A stretch of DNA of 36,903 nucleotides from Gammaproteobacteria bacterium RIFCSPLOWO2_02_FULL_38_11 (GCA_001801745.1 MGYM01000013.1:558-37460), one strand, 5' to 3'. Numbered from the stretch's first letter, positions 18,449 through 29,700 are shown. The notes: a model not told the origin generated them from the sequence alone. Numbers and translations: made by a program.

Positions 18449-19468
18449 TTGCAAATTTCTGATTTTCATTATTTGCTCCCTTCGGAGCTTATCGCTCAAT
18501 TTCCCACAAAAACACGCACTGAAAGTAAACTGCTTTTTTTAAATAAAAAAACAGGTGAAACCCAAGATTTACTGTTCCCCGCCTTGATTGATTTATTAGA
18601 GCCTTCTGATTTGCTTGTTTTTAATAATACACACGTCATCCCTGCGCGGCTTTATGGAAAAAAGAAAACAGGGGGAAAAATTGAAATTTTAATAGAACGA
18701 ATACTTTCTGAAAAAGAAGCTTTAGTTCATGTAAAGTCAAACAAAAAATGCAAAATTCCAATGGAAATTCAATTTGATGAAAATATCAATGCGACTCTTT
18801 TTGAGAAAGATGAAGATTTTTTTAAAATTAAATTTGATATGACTTGTTCTTTATTGAATTTATTGGACGAGCGTGGTCACGTGCCTTTACCGCCTTATAT
18901 TCATCGTTCCGATACGAAGGATGATCAACTACGTTATCAAACGATCTATGCAAAAATCCCGGGAGCGATTGCTGCCCCCACGGCAGGATTGCATTTTGAT
19001 GAATCTTTTTTTTCGATGTTAAAAGCCAAGAAAATTCAGACTGCATTTGTGACCTTGCACGTAGGTTCGGGGACATTTAAACCTGTGAAATGTGAAAATA
19101 TCAAAGATCATAAAATGCATCGAGAATGGATGTGTATTGATGAGGATACTTGCCGATTGGTTTTAGAAACAAAAAAGAAGGGCGGGAGAGTCATTGCGGT
19201 GGGAACAACATCCGTACGCTGTCTCGAAGCTGTAGCCAGGCAAGGAGAGCTACGTGCTTTTTCAGGAGAGACAGATCTTTTTATTTATCCTGGGTTTAAA
19301 TTTAATATCGTTGATGGCTTGGTGACAAATTTTCATTTACCGTGTTCAACATTGCTCATGCTTGTGTGTGCTTTTGCGAGCAGAGAGGATGTTTTACGGG
19401 CTTATCAACATGCTGTACAGCATCGCTATCATTTTTTTAGTTATGGGGAGGCGATGTGTATTTTCTAA
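18449..19468 (+). CDS. queA: S-adenosylmethionine:tRNA ribosyltransferase-isomerase QueA
   Basis: (M)QISDFHYLLPSELIAQFP matches the QueA N-terminus. Other motifs are PLPPYI, AAPTAGLHF and VGTTSVR. The track ORF start at 18383 runs through the tRNA gene. I propose TTG 18449, with AAAGG ~10 nt upstream; this start is moderately certain. Confidence 0.88.
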   Translation: MQISDFHYLLPSELIAQFPTKTRTESKLLFLNKKTGETQDLLFPALIDLLEPSDLLVFNNTHVIPARLYGKKKTGGKIEILIERILSEKEALVHVKSNKKCKIPMEIQFDENINATLFEKDEDFFKIKFDMTCSLLNLLDERGHVPLPPYIHRSDTKDDQLRYQTIYAKIPGAIAAPTAGLHFDESFFSMLKAKKIQTAFVTLHVGSGTFKPVKCENIKDHKMHREWMCIDEDTCRLVLETKKKGGRVIAVGTTSVRCLEAVARQGELRAFSGETDLFIYPGFKFNIVDGLVTNFHLPCSTLLMLVCAFASREDVLRAYQHAVQHRYHFFSYGEAMCIF

Positions 19469-19534
19469 ATAATTTGATTGTCAAGACGAATTTGGGTAGA
19501 TTGGGCAGCTTTAATTGAATTGGAGGGAAGAACG

Positions 19535-19885
19535 ATGAGTCTGAGTTTTATTTCTGTGGCCCATGCGGCCGGCGCCCCGGCCAGTGGGCAAGCAATGTCG
19601 GGATCAGGTATGAGTTCGATGATCATGTTAGTTGCGTTTTTCGCTATTTTTTATTTTTTATTATGGCGTCCGCAAGCGCGTCGTGCGAAAGAGCATCGTA
19701 CTTTGTTGTCATCACTGGTGCTGGGAGATGAAGTTGTTACCAGTAGTGGTTTGATAGGGCGTATCACTAAATTAAATGAAAATTTTATATCGTTAAGTGT
19801 GGGTAATGGTGTAGAACTCATGTTTCAACGAAGTGCCATCGCTTCTTCACTCCCCAAAGGGACAATAAAAAATGGTACTGAATAA
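19535..19885 (+). CDS. yajC: Preprotein translocase subunit YajC
   Basis: A single TM helix (MIMLVAFFAIFYFLLWRPQ) followed by the RRAKEH..L..L..GDEVVT.GL.G.I core. The ATG at 19535 is preceded by GGAGGG, and the gene sits upstream of secDF. Confidence 0.88.
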   Translation: MSLSFISVAHAAGAPASGQAMSGSGMSSMIMLVAFFAIFYFLLWRPQARRAKEHRTLLSSLVLGDEVVTSSGLIGRITKLNENFISLSVGNGVELMFQRSAIASSLPKGTIKNGTE

Positions 19886-21734
19886 ATATCCATTATGGAA
19901 AAATAGTTTAATTTTTTTTATTGTCTTATTTTCATTTATTTATTCTTTGCCCAATTTTTATGGAGAAAATCCTGCAATACAAATTTCTGCAGTGGGTAAT
20001 AACACTTTAAGTCCGGAGCTTATTCAAAAAATCAAATCGTTTGTGGAGAAAAATCATTTTCCTATTAAATCGTTGGAAGAAGAAAAAAACCATACGATTT
20101 TGATTCGTACTAATGATGTGGATGTTCAGTTAGCGTTAAAAGAAGCACTGAGGTTTTTTCTAGGAGATAACTACACGGTTGCATTAAACCTTGCTTCTGC
20201 CAGCCCCGCTTGGCTTACTTTCTTAGGTGCAACGCCAATGAAATTAGGCTTAGATTTGCGTGGTGGTGTTCATTTTACATTACAAGTGGACACAGCATCG
20301 GTGATAAAGCAGTACTTAGAAGGCACTATTCGAAGTATAGAAACAAACTTAAGAGAAACCAATATCCGTTACACTCACTTGTTGTCAGGGCAATCAAATG
20401 AAATTGATTTGGTTTTCCGAGATCAAGAAAATTTTGTAAAAGCATTGGATCACTTACCCGGTGATTTTCCTCAATTTGATTTTGCACGTGATCAAAAAAA
20501 TCAATTTATCATTACGGCAACATTAAAATCTTCTGAGATAACAACACTTCGGCAACATGCCATTGAACAAACCATGACGACATTAAGGAATCGCGTGAAC
20601 GAACTAGGGGTGTCTGAGGCAATGGTACAGCAACAAGGCTTAGACAGAATTGCCGTTGATTTACCTGGTATCCAAGATACTGCGCGTGCTAAAGAAGTCT
20701 TAGGGGGAACGGCGACATTAGAATTTAAAATGGTGGATGTGGATCACGATGTGCGTTCTGCTTTGTCAGGATCTTTGATTTCCGGCTCAAGACTTTATCA
20801 TTATGATAATCGTCCAGTTATATTAAAAAATCAAATCATTTTAACAGGGAATTCTATTACAGATGCTTCTTCAGGTTTTGGTGAAGAGGGTCGTCCTGCG
20901 GTGAATATTCGTTTGGGAGGGGGAGGCGAAGGTTTATTTCATCGTGTTACTGCGCAGAACATTGGGAAACCCATGGCGATTGTATTTGTCGAAACAAAGT
21001 TTGCGACAAAAATAGAAGAAGGAAAATCGGTTCGCGTAGCTTATAAAAAGGAACGTGTCATCAGTGTTGCGACAATTCGCTCAGCCTTACCGAATCATTT
21101 TCAAATTACGGGATTAAGCAGCAGTAATGAGTCGCGTGATTTATCTTTGATGTTAAGGGCAGGCGCCTTGCCTGCAGCCATTGATATCGTGGAAGAGCGT
21201 ACGATTGGTCCGCAATTAGGTGCTGAAAACGTGAAGTTAGGGGTTCAAGCCTTATTGATTGGTATGGGTATTATCATGATTTTCATGGTTTTTTATTATG
21301 GATTATTTGGGTTTATTTCAGATTTAGCGATCTTCGCCAATTTATTATTGTTGATTGCTTTATTATCTGTGTTAGGTGCGACGCTGACCTTGCCGGGGAT
21401 TGCTGGCATTGTTTTGAATGTTGGGATGGCAGTGGATGCAAATGTTTTAATTTTTGAAAGGATTCGAGAAGAATGGCGTAATGGTGTCAGCCTACAGAAA
21501 TCTATTCACGCGGGTTACGAGCGTGCTTTTTCAACTATTTTAGATGCTAATGTGACAACCTTGATTGTTTCTTTTGTTTTATTTGGCGTAGGTACAGGCG
21601 CCATTAAAGGTTTTGCGATTACCTTGTCTTTAGGCATTTTAACTTCGATGTTCGCAAGTATTTTATTTGCAAGAGCCATCGTGAATAAAGTGTATGGCCA
21701 GCGTGTCGTGAAAAGTTTATCGATCGGAGTGTAA
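19872..21734 (+). CDS. secD: Protein translocase subunit SecD
   Basis: A 620-aa ORF. MVLNKYPLWKN parallels the E. coli SecD start. It has a LGLDLRGG motif and a C-terminal 6-TM RND-like domain. Confidence 0.93.
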   Translation: MVLNKYPLWKNSLIFFIVLFSFIYSLPNFYGENPAIQISAVGNNTLSPELIQKIKSFVEKNHFPIKSLEEEKNHTILIRTNDVDVQLALKEALRFFLGDNYTVALNLASASPAWLTFLGATPMKLGLDLRGGVHFTLQVDTASVIKQYLEGTIRSIETNLRETNIRYTHLLSGQSNEIDLVFRDQENFVKALDHLPGDFPQFDFARDQKNQFIITATLKSSEITTLRQHAIEQTMTTLRNRVNELGVSEAMVQQQGLDRIAVDLPGIQDTARAKEVLGGTATLEFKMVDVDHDVRSALSGSLISGSRLYHYDNRPVILKNQIILTGNSITDASSGFGEEGRPAVNIRLGGGGEGLFHRVTAQNIGKPMAIVFVETKFATKIEEGKSVRVAYKKERVISVATIRSALPNHFQITGLSSSNESRDLSLMLRAGALPAAIDIVEERTIGPQLGAENVKLGVQALLIGMGIIMIFMVFYYGLFGFISDLAIFANLLLLIALLSVLGATLTLPGIAGIVLNVGMAVDANVLIFERIREEWRNGVSLQKSIHAGYERAFSTILDANVTTLIVSFVLFGVGTGAIKGFAITLSLGILTSMFASILFARAIVNKVYGQRVVKSLSIGV

Positions 21735-21736
21735 GA

Positions 21737-22654
21737 GTGGAATTTTTCAAACATAAAACAAATATTGATTTTATGGGGTTACGCAAATGGACAGCCATCC
21801 TGTCTTTTTTTCTTTTTGCTGCCTCGTTGTTATCGCTGATTATTTTTAAATTAAATTTTGGATTGGATTTTACGGGAGGCACACAAATACAGCTTGCATT
21901 TCCCAATGCAATCCCTGTGGAAGAAGTGCGACAACAATTAATGAAAAACAATTTTCCCGAAGCGGTCGTTCAAAATTATGGGACATCGAATGAAGTGTTA
22001 ATTAGCTTAAATGCGCTTACATTGGATCAAGTTCATTTGGTACAAATGTTTAATAAATTATTTCCTGATGCCAAAATAAAACAAATTGAATTTGTGGGTT
22101 CGCAAGTAGGAGCAGAGTTAGCGGCCAAAGGAGCCTTGGCTATCTTGATCGCCTTGCTTTGTATCATGGGCTATATTGCCTTTCGCTTTGAATATCGTTT
22201 TGCAATTGGAGCGGCGATTGCATTGATTCATGATCCTGTTTTGATTTTAGGGCTTTTTTCTTTTTTTCATCTGGAATTTAATTTAACGGTATTGGCGGCC
22301 ATTTTGGCTGTGATAGGTTATTCCTTAAATGACACGATAGTGATTTTTGATCGTGTACGAGAAAATTTCAGAAAACTTCGAAAAGGCACGCCTTTAGAGA
22401 TCATGAATTTATCGATCAATCAAACTTTATCGCGGACTATCATGACATCTGTGATGACGTTTTCGGTGGTTTTTATCTTATATATTTTTGGTCCCACGAT
22501 GATTCATTTATTCGCGTTGGCCTTAATGATTGGTATTGTAGTCGGGACTTACTCTTCAATTTATGTTGCGGGAGCTTTGGCGGTAGCGATGGGTTTGACG
22601 CGACATGACTTAGCGAAGAAGTTACAACCTCAAGTTTTTGACGATCTTCCTTGA
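21737..22654 (+). CDS. secF: Protein translocase subunit SecF
   Basis: GTG start 3 nt after the secD stop. Motifs are IDFMGLRKW...FGLDFTGG and [15 protein letters not shown]. Confidence 0.92.
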   Translation: MEFFKHKTNIDFMGLRKWTAILSFFLFAASLLSLIIFKLNFGLDFTGGTQIQLAFPNAIPVEEVRQQLMKNNFPEAVVQNYGTSNEVLISLNALTLDQVHLVQMFNKLFPDAKIKQIEFVGSQVGAELAAKGALAILIALLCIMGYIAFRFEYRFAIGAAIALIHDPVLILGLFSFFHLEFNLTVLAAILAVIGYSLNDTIVIFDRVRENFRKLRKGTPLEIMNLSINQTLSRTIMTSVMTFSVVFILYIFGPTMIHLFALALMIGIVVGTYSSIYVAGALAVAMGLTRHDLAKKLQPQVFDDLP

Positions 22655-22719
22655 ATGTAACCGCTTCATCAGTTAAAATTTCGGGTTTTCTTAAAACAGA
22701 TAAAATTGGAGTTAAAGGC

Positions 22720-23169
22720 ATGGTTACCTTAAGTGCAAAGCCTGCAGAAGTGCAGCATGATTGGTATGTTCTTGATGCGACTGATCAAGTGTTAGGGCGC
22801 ATGGCTTCTGAGGTAGCGCGGCGTTTACGTGGAAAGCACAAACCTCAGTACACCCCTCATGTAGACACGGGGGATTATATTATTATTATTAATGCTGAAA
22901 AAGTACGAGTGACAGGCAAAAAAGCCGATCAAAAAATATATTATCGTCACACAGGTTATCCTGGGGGCATTAAAACTGAAAGTTTTGAAAAATTAAATAA
23001 GCGTAAGCCTGAAAAAATCATTGAGCTTGCGGTGAAAGGTATGTTACCCAAAGGACCGTTGGGTTTTGCCATGTTAAAGAAATTAAAAGTATATGCAGGT
23101 TCAGTACACCAACATGCTTCACAGCAACCGCAAGTATTGGAAATTTTTAAAAGTGAGTCAGTGAAATGA
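22720..23169 (+). CDS. rplM: 50S ribosomal protein L13
   Basis: [29 protein letters not shown] parallels E. coli [29 protein letters not shown]. The ATG at 22720 follows GGAG. The track start at 22651 overlaps secF and is rejected. Confidence 0.95.
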   Translation: MVTLSAKPAEVQHDWYVLDATDQVLGRMASEVARRLRGKHKPQYTPHVDTGDYIIIINAEKVRVTGKKADQKIYYRHTGYPGGIKTESFEKLNKRKPEKIIELAVKGMLPKGPLGFAMLKKLKVYAGSVHQHASQQPQVLEIFKSESVK

Positions 23170-23615
23170 AAAAGAAAGCAAAGGTAAACAGTAAAGTGGC
23201 AAGCTATGTTACAACGGGACGACGAAAATCTTCCAGCGCACGTATTATTTTAAAACCGGGTTCTGGCAATATCCAAGTGAACGGCAAGGCTTTAGATGAT
23301 TATTTTGGGCGGGCGACGTCTCGTATGTTAGTAAAGCAGCCTTTAGTTTTATTGAAGCTTGAAAATAAATTTGATATTTACGTTGTTGTTACGGGTGGTG
23401 GTAATTCAGGGCAAGCGGGTGCCATTCGTCACGGTATTAGTCGTGCATTACTCGCCTATGATACAGATGTCTCCGATGGTTCTACTGAAAATGCATTAGG
23501 TATGAAATCCACCTTACGTAAAGCCGGTTATATTACGCGGGATTCGCGTCGTGTGGAGCGTAAGAAAGTCGCTCATAAGAAGGCGCGCAAGAGCGAGCAG
23601 TATTCCAAACGATAA
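23166..23615 (+). CDS. rpsI: 30S ribosomal protein S9
   Basis: Motifs are [30 protein letters not shown] and the C-terminal [28 protein letters not shown]. It has an ATGA overlap with the rplM stop. An internal GTG at 23196 would give a canonical-length N-terminus. Confidence 0.93.
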   Translation: MKKKAKVNSKVASYVTTGRRKSSSARIILKPGSGNIQVNGKALDDYFGRATSRMLVKQPLVLLKLENKFDIYVVVTGGGNSGQAGAIRHGISRALLAYDTDVSDGSTENALGMKSTLRKAGYITRDSRRVERKKVAHKKARKSEQYSKR

Positions 23616-23630
23616 TATTTTTAATTGTTA

Positions 23631-23667
23631 CCCCACCTTCGGGGCACTGCCTGCCCTTAAGGTGGGG
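23631..23667. terminator. GC-rich hairpin between convergent rpsI and serS (putative bidirectional terminator or RNA-stability element)
   Basis: CCCCACCTTCGGGGCA-ctgcc-TGCCCTTAAGGTGGGG forms a 16-bp stem with 2 mismatches. There is no clear U-tract on either strand, so the terminator function is inferred from position only. Confidence 0.4.
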
Positions 23668-23717
23668 CTGGACCTTGTTGCCAGGTCTTCGCCTAATACA
23701 GTTTTCAGAAGAAAAGA

Positions 23718-24989
23718 TTAAGTTATTATTTTTATTCCCCCCATATACGACCACAAAGCGGAAGGCAGATGAATATGGCCGTCTGCATCTTGAAAATTTT
23801 CCATGATGGCGACCAGCGTTCGGCCCACCGCAAGTGCTGAACCATTTAAGGTGTGCAATAACTCAGGTTTGTTTGTTCCTTGGCGAAAACGTGCTTGCAT
23901 GCGTCGTGCTTGAAAGGCTTCAAAATTACTGCAAGAAGAAATTTCACGATAACAATTTTGGCTAGGTAACCACACTTCTAAATCATAGGTTTTTGCAGCA
24001 GAGAATCCAAGATCAGCTGTGCATAAGGCAACAACACGATAAGGTAATGCTAGGCGTTGTAAAATAATTTCAGCATGCTGTGTGAGCGCTTCATGTAATT
24101 CATAGGAGCTTTCTGGTAAACAAAACTGAACTAATTCTACTTTTTCAAATTGATGTTGACGAATCATGCCGCGCGTGTCTTTTCCATAAGATCCTGCTTC
24201 GCTGCGAAAACAAGGAGAATGACAAACATATTTTAAAGGTAGTTTCTTTGCATCAATGATTTCATTACGTAATACATTAGTGACAGAGACTTCTGCTGTG
24301 GGTAGCAAGTAATAAGGATGTTCGCCTTTTAATGCAAATTGATCTTCTTCGAATTTGGGCAGTTGGCCTGTCCCTAATAAACTATCTCGGTGTACGATAT
24401 AAGGTGTGTAAATTTCTTGATAACTGTGTTCCTTGGTATGAATGTCCAGCATGAATTGAATCAGTGCGCGTTGCAAGCGTGCAAGTTGTCCTTGTAATAC
24501 CACGAAGCGAGCGCCTGTGATTTTACTGGCTAAATCAAAATTCATGGCATTGTTTTTTGAACCTAATGCAACGTGATCTTGTGGGGTAAAAGAAAATGAA
24601 GGCACTGTGCCTACAGTGCGTATCGTCACATTCTCTTTTTCTGAAGTACCCAGGGGGACAGTTGTCTGAGGTAAATTGGGGATTTGTAAGTAAAGCTCAT
24701 GAAGTTGATTTTGAATAGTTGTTAATTGTTCTTCTGTTGTTTTTAATTCTTCATTTAATGTGTTAGCTTCTTCAAGTAGTGTTTTGACATCTTGGTTTTT
24801 TGCTTTTGCTTCACCGATCGTTTTTGAAGATAGGTTTCGTTTATTTTGTAAGTCTTGTGTTTTAATTTGTAATTGACGGCGTTCCTTTTCAAGTATTTCA
24901 AAATGGGCGACATCCAAAGAAAATCCGCGCGTCGCAAGACGTTCGGCAAGATGTTTTGAATTTTCACGCAAGAGTTTAGGGTCGAGCAT
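23718..24989 (-). CDS. serS: Seryl-tRNA synthetase
   Basis: A 423-aa ORF with an N-terminal coiled-coil ([10 protein letters not shown]...) and class II motifs ([25 protein letters not shown]; [16 protein letters not shown]). AGGAGA lies upstream of the ATG. Confidence 0.95.
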   Translation of the reverse strand: MLDPKLLRENSKHLAERLATRGFSLDVAHFEILEKERRQLQIKTQDLQNKRNLSSKTIGEAKAKNQDVKTLLEEANTLNEELKTTEEQLTTIQNQLHELYLQIPNLPQTTVPLGTSEKENVTIRTVGTVPSFSFTPQDHVALGSKNNAMNFDLASKITGARFVVLQGQLARLQRALIQFMLDIHTKEHSYQEIYTPYIVHRDSLLGTGQLPKFEEDQFALKGEHPYYLLPTAEVSVTNVLRNEIIDAKKLPLKYVCHSPCFRSEAGSYGKDTRGMIRQHQFEKVELVQFCLPESSYELHEALTQHAEIILQRLALPYRVVALCTADLGFSAAKTYDLEVWLPSQNCYREISSCSNFEAFQARRMQARFRQGTNKPELLHTLNGSALAVGRTLVAIMENFQDADGHIHLPSALWSYMGGIKIIT

Positions 24990-25035
24990 GGTGATCTCCT
25001 ATTTGGTAATTCACACAGCGAGTTACAACTTACAT

Positions 25036-25500
25036 TTAGTTAAGCAATAGGTTATAAATTTTTTTAAATAAAGTTTCAATGTTTTTCGTTGTTTTGGGTG
25101 CAACGAAGATAGTATCATCACCTGCAACAGTGCCAAGGATGTCTAAATTTTTGGTTAAATCTAAGAGGCGTGCAACGACCTGGCCTGAACCAGACACAGT
25201 TTGAATGACAACAAGAGATTCATTGTGAGTGATGCGTGAGATTAATTTTTTTAAGATTTCTTTTGGAACAAAATATTTTTCTGCGTCAGAAGGTAGGCGA
25301 TAGACAATCTTGCCGTCTTCATTCATTTTGATGGCGCCCAGTTTATGTAATATTCTGGAGACGCGCACTTGGTTGACTGGGATGCCTTTTTTAAGAAGGG
25401 CGTCACGAATTTCTTCCTGTGTGCCTACAGCCTTTTTTTCCAGCAAACCTTGTATTGATGCGCTTAAATCTGTAGACGAGTAGTGTTTCTTTCTAGGCAT
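25036..25500 (-). CDS. argR: Arginine repressor ArgR
   Basis: A 154-aa protein from ATG 25500. It has an N-terminal winged helix (GTQEEIRDALLKKGIPVNQVRVSRILHKLG) and a C-terminal arginine-binding/oligomerisation motif (ILGTVAGDDTIFV). The track's 68-aa N-terminal extension crosses the promoter region and is rejected. Confidence 0.9.
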   Translation of the reverse strand: MPRKKHYSSTDLSASIQGLLEKKAVGTQEEIRDALLKKGIPVNQVRVSRILHKLGAIKMNEDGKIVYRLPSDAEKYFVPKEILKKLISRITHNESLVVIQTVSGSGQVVARLLDLTKNLDILGTVAGDDTIFVAPKTTKNIETLFKKIYNLLLN

Positions 25501-25539
25501 AAAGAGTACCCTCTTTAAGTGGAGTAAATCCTTGCAGTG

Positions 25540-25573
25540 TGTATAATAATACATTATATTGTATAAATATACA
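25540..25573. promoter_or_regulatory. Two tandem ARG-box-like palindromes (putative ArgR operator) overlapping divergent -10 elements
   Basis: TGTAT-AATA-ATACA lies at 25540-25553 and TGTAT-AAAT-ATACA at 25560-25573, 20 bp centre to centre. The architecture matches the E. coli ARG box core TGAAT-W4-ATTCA. TATAAT on the + strand at 25542-25547 is inside box 1. TATAAT on the - strand at 25553-25558 lies between the boxes. Confidence 0.6.
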
Positions 25574-25594
25574 AACCGATTTAGAAGGTATTTT

Positions 25595-26704
25595 ATGGGT
25601 AAGTGTGTCAATCCTGGAGTCCTCGTATTAGCAGATGGTCTTATTTTTGAAGGCCTTAGCGTAGGTAGCCTGGGTGCTGTCTGCGGGGAAGTCGTATTTA
25701 ACACGGCACAAACAGGTTACCAAGAGATATTAACCGACCCTTCCTATGCTTCTCAAATTATTACTTTTACGCAGCCTCACATTGGTAATGTGGGTGTTAA
25801 CGCTTTGGATATGGAATCAGAGCATGTTTTTGCTAAAGGCGTGATCATGCGAAGCTTTTCTGATATCACGAGTAATTGGAGAGCACAAACGAGTTTAAAA
25901 AATTTTTTTGAAAAGCAGAAATTAATTGCGATCAGTGAAATTGATACGCGCGCTTTGACTCATCATTTAAGAGAAAAGGGCAGTCAATCTGCTTGTTTGA
26001 TGTCAGGAAAAATTAATATTTCAGAAGCTTTGAGATTAGCAAAAAATTTTCCGGGATTAGAAGGGAAAGATTTAGCAAAAGAAGTGACGACGAGTAAAAA
26101 TTATAGTTGGAATAAAAAAGAAGAAGGTGCGCCCTGCATTGTTGTTTACGATTTTGGTGTGAAGTACAGTATTTTACGCATGCTTTCTGAAAGTGATTAC
26201 TCCGTGATTGTTGTTCCTGCGACGACATCGCCAGAAGAAGTATTGTCGCTTCATCCCAAAGGCATCGTATTATCTAATGGGCCGGGAGATCCTGCTGCTT
26301 GTGATTATGCTATTAAAGCAATAAAGATTTTTTTAAAAAAACAAATTCCTTTAATGGGCATTTGTTTAGGTCATCAACTTTTAGCATTAGCATGTGGTGC
26401 GCAAACAAAAAAGATGAAGCGAGGTCATCATGGCGCTAATCATCCCGTTCAATGTTTAAAAACGAAATGTGTGTTTATCAGCTCACAAAATCATGGATTT
26501 GTGGTGGATGAAGACAGTTTGCCAGACAACTTATATGTAACACACCGTTCTTTATTTGATGGCACTATTGCAGGTATTGAACGTCAAGATCTGCCTGCTT
26601 TTGGTTTTCAAGGACATCCGGAAAGTAGCCCTGGTCCAACAGAATTAAATAATTTATTTGATCGTTTCTTCTCATTGATTAAGACACATGCCAAAACGAA
26701 CTGA
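25595..26704 (+). CDS. carA: Carbamoyl-phosphate synthase small (glutaminase) subunit
   Basis: [43 protein letters not shown] parallels E. coli CarA. The triad region is GICLGHQ...HGANHP...GFQGHPE. The ATG at 25595 follows AGAAGG. Confidence 0.93.
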   Translation: MGKCVNPGVLVLADGLIFEGLSVGSLGAVCGEVVFNTAQTGYQEILTDPSYASQIITFTQPHIGNVGVNALDMESEHVFAKGVIMRSFSDITSNWRAQTSLKNFFEKQKLIAISEIDTRALTHHLREKGSQSACLMSGKINISEALRLAKNFPGLEGKDLAKEVTTSKNYSWNKKEEGAPCIVVYDFGVKYSILRMLSESDYSVIVVPATTSPEEVLSLHPKGIVLSNGPGDPAACDYAIKAIKIFLKKQIPLMGICLGHQLLALACGAQTKKMKRGHHGANHPVQCLKTKCVFISSQNHGFVVDEDSLPDNLYVTHRSLFDGTIAGIERQDLPAFGFQGHPESSPGPTELNNLFDRFFSLIKTHAKTN

Positions 26705-29700
26705 TATCCATAGCATTTTAATCATCGGTGCAGGGCCTATTATCATAGGGCAGGCCTGCGAGTTTGATTATGCGGGAACACAAGCATGCAAAGCCCTAAA
26801 AGAAGAGGGTTATCGTATAATTTTAGTGAATTCCAATCCTGCCACGATGATGACAGATCCCGACATGGCTGATGCCACTTACATTGAGCCGTTAACGGTG
26901 GAGTCCCTTGAGAAAATCATTATTAAAGAACGTCCCCAAGTTTTACTGCCCACCCTCGGAGGGCAGACCGCATTAAATTGCGCGCTTGCCCTTGCAAAAC
27001 AAGGGATTTTAGAGCGATATCACATTGAGTTAATTGGCGCATCCATTAAAGCCATTGAATTAGCAGAAAATCGCAGCTTATTTCATGACTTGATGAAAAA
27101 AATTAATTTAGAAACGCCCGCTTCTTTTAAAATAAAAAATATTGAAGAATCAAAAAATATTTTGAAAATGATTTCTTTCCCCGTGATCATTCGTCCTTCT
27201 TTTGCGTTGGGAGGGACAGGTGCGGGCTTGGCATATGACGAAAAAGAATTTTTAAATTTATGTGAAAATGCCTTTGCTGTTTCAGATTTGCAAGAAATTA
27301 CGATAGATGAAGCCTTAATCGGCTGGAAAGAATTTGAATTAGAAGTGATTCGTGATCGTTTCGATAATTGCATCATCGTTTGTGGGGTTGAAAATCTTGA
27401 TCCTTTGGGTGTTCATACGGGCGACTCTATCACTGTCGCGCCGATTCAAACGCTCACAGACAAAGAATATCAAGCGATGCGACAAGATGCATTCTCAATT
27501 TTACGTGCGGTGGGTGTGGACACGGGAGGCAGTAATGTGCAGTTCGCTGTGCATCCTACAACAGGAAGACGTGTTGTCATTGAAATGAATCCGCGTGTTT
27601 CACGTTCTTCTGCTTTGGTATCTAAAGCCAGTGGGTTTCCCATTGCAAAAATAGCCGCCAAACTTGCAGTTGGGTACACCTTAGATGAATTGAGAAATGA
27701 TATCACGGGTGATCAACTGCCTTCTTCTTTTGAACCAAGCTTAGATTATGTTGTGGTAAAAATCCCAAGATTCAATTTTGAAAAATTCCCTCAACAAGAA
27801 AATAAAAAAGGCCCTCAAATGCGTTCAGTGGGTGAGGTGATGGGAATTGGACGTACTTTTGAAGAAGCACTACAAAAAGCCCTGGCAAGTTTAGAGAATA
27901 AAAACAGCGGATTTTCAACTATTTTTGAAAATTTAACTTGGGATGACTTGAAAAATAAGATTAAAGAAAATGGTTCAGAACAACTGGAGGCTATTGCAGA
28001 AGCGTTTCGTCAAGATAAAACGCCAAGAGAATTATTTGAATTAACGTATATCGATCCTTGGTTTTTGGAAAAAATAAATTCTTTAATTCAAATAGAAAAA
28101 AATATTAAAAAAAATAAAATAGATGATTTAACGCTGGATGTTTTAAAGTCGTATAAAAGACAAGGATTTTCTGATGCACACATTGCAGCTTGCGTAAATT
28201 CCTCTGAAGAAGATATTCGTCAATTAAGGTATGCGATGTTGCTTCATCCTGTGTACAAACGTGTTGATAGTTGTGCCGGTGAATTCTTTACACCAACGGC
28301 CTATCTTTATAGTACTTACGAACGAATATGTGAAGCAGCGCCTAGTCAAAAAGAAAAAATATTAATTATTGGTAGTGGTCCCAATCGTATTGGTCAAGGG
28401 ATTGAGTTTGATTATTGTTGTGTGCATGCCGTGAAAGCTTTGAAAAAAAGGGATTATGAAACGATTATGGTGAATTGTAATCCTGAAACTGTGTCAACGG
28501 ATTATGATATTGCTGATCGGCTTTATTTTTCTCCTTTAACCTTAGAAGAAGTTTTAGAAATAATTCGTCTAGAAAAACCTAAAGGTGTGTTTTTGCAATG
28601 GGGAGGGCAGACGCCTTTAAAATTAGCGGAAGATTTGGCGAAAGTGGGTATCAATCTATTAGGTCTTGATATGCAGGCTGTGCACAAAACAGAAGATCGT
28701 TATGCCTTCCAACAATTGCTTCATACCTTAAAATTAAAACAGCCTGAAAATCATTGTGTTTCTACGATACAAGAGGGTGAGAAGACTGCTAAGCAAATGG
28801 GGTTCCCCTTGATTATTCGCCCTTCTTTTGTATTAGGGGGGGCAGCGATGTCAATTATCAATGAGATGGAAAAATTAAAAATTTATTTAGAAAAAGCATT
28901 TGCGATGGATGATCGTTATCCTGTCTTAATAGAAAAGTTTTTGGAAGAAGCGCTTGAAGTGGACGTGGATGTGATCACTGACGGCGAAGAGGTGTTCATT
29001 CCTGCTTTTTTAGAACATATTGAGTTGGCAGGTGTGCACTCAGGTGATTCAGCGTGTATTACACCGATGCTTAATTTAAATAAAGAAATTCAAGAAAATT
29101 TAAAAGAACAAATTCAAAAAATTGCAAATCATTTAAATTTAAAAGGTATTTTCAATGTACAATTTGCAATTCAAAACCAAACGATTTACATCATTGAAGT
29201 TAATCCTCGTGCTTCCCGAACTTTGCCTTTTGTTTGTAAAGCCACCGGTATCCCTTTGGTGGAGCTTGCTGTTTATTGTGCGTTAGGTGAAAAATTACAA
29301 ACACAATCATTTTCTTCAATACAAAGCTTACCTTATTATTGTGTTAAAGAGGCGGTATTGCCTTTTTCGAAATTTTCAAAATCTCCTGTTTTTTTAGGAC
29401 CAGAAATGAAATCGACGGGAGAGGTGATGGGGATAGGTAGCACACCTTCTGAAGCTTATGCGAAAGCGCAGATTGCGTCAGGGAACCCTCTACCAAAACC
29501 AGGTTTGGCTTATATTGTGGCTTCATTACAAGATAAAAAATTTTTTTCAGAAAAATTAAAACAGTTAGGATTTAAAATTACGTCTAAGTTATCTTCTGAT
29601 TGTGCATTGATCATCGCAATCAATGCATTTTTTGATCCTCATGAAGAAGCGTTAAAAGCCGCTCGTTTTGCTGTTGACAAAGAGATTTGTTATGTCACCT

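Noticed and set aside
19491-19508. TTTGGGTAGATTGGGCAG upstream of yajC, which resembles the ATTGGGT repeat units upstream of fic.
   Set aside because: It has only two units with a 9-bp period and a short core (TTGGG), so chance similarity is likely.
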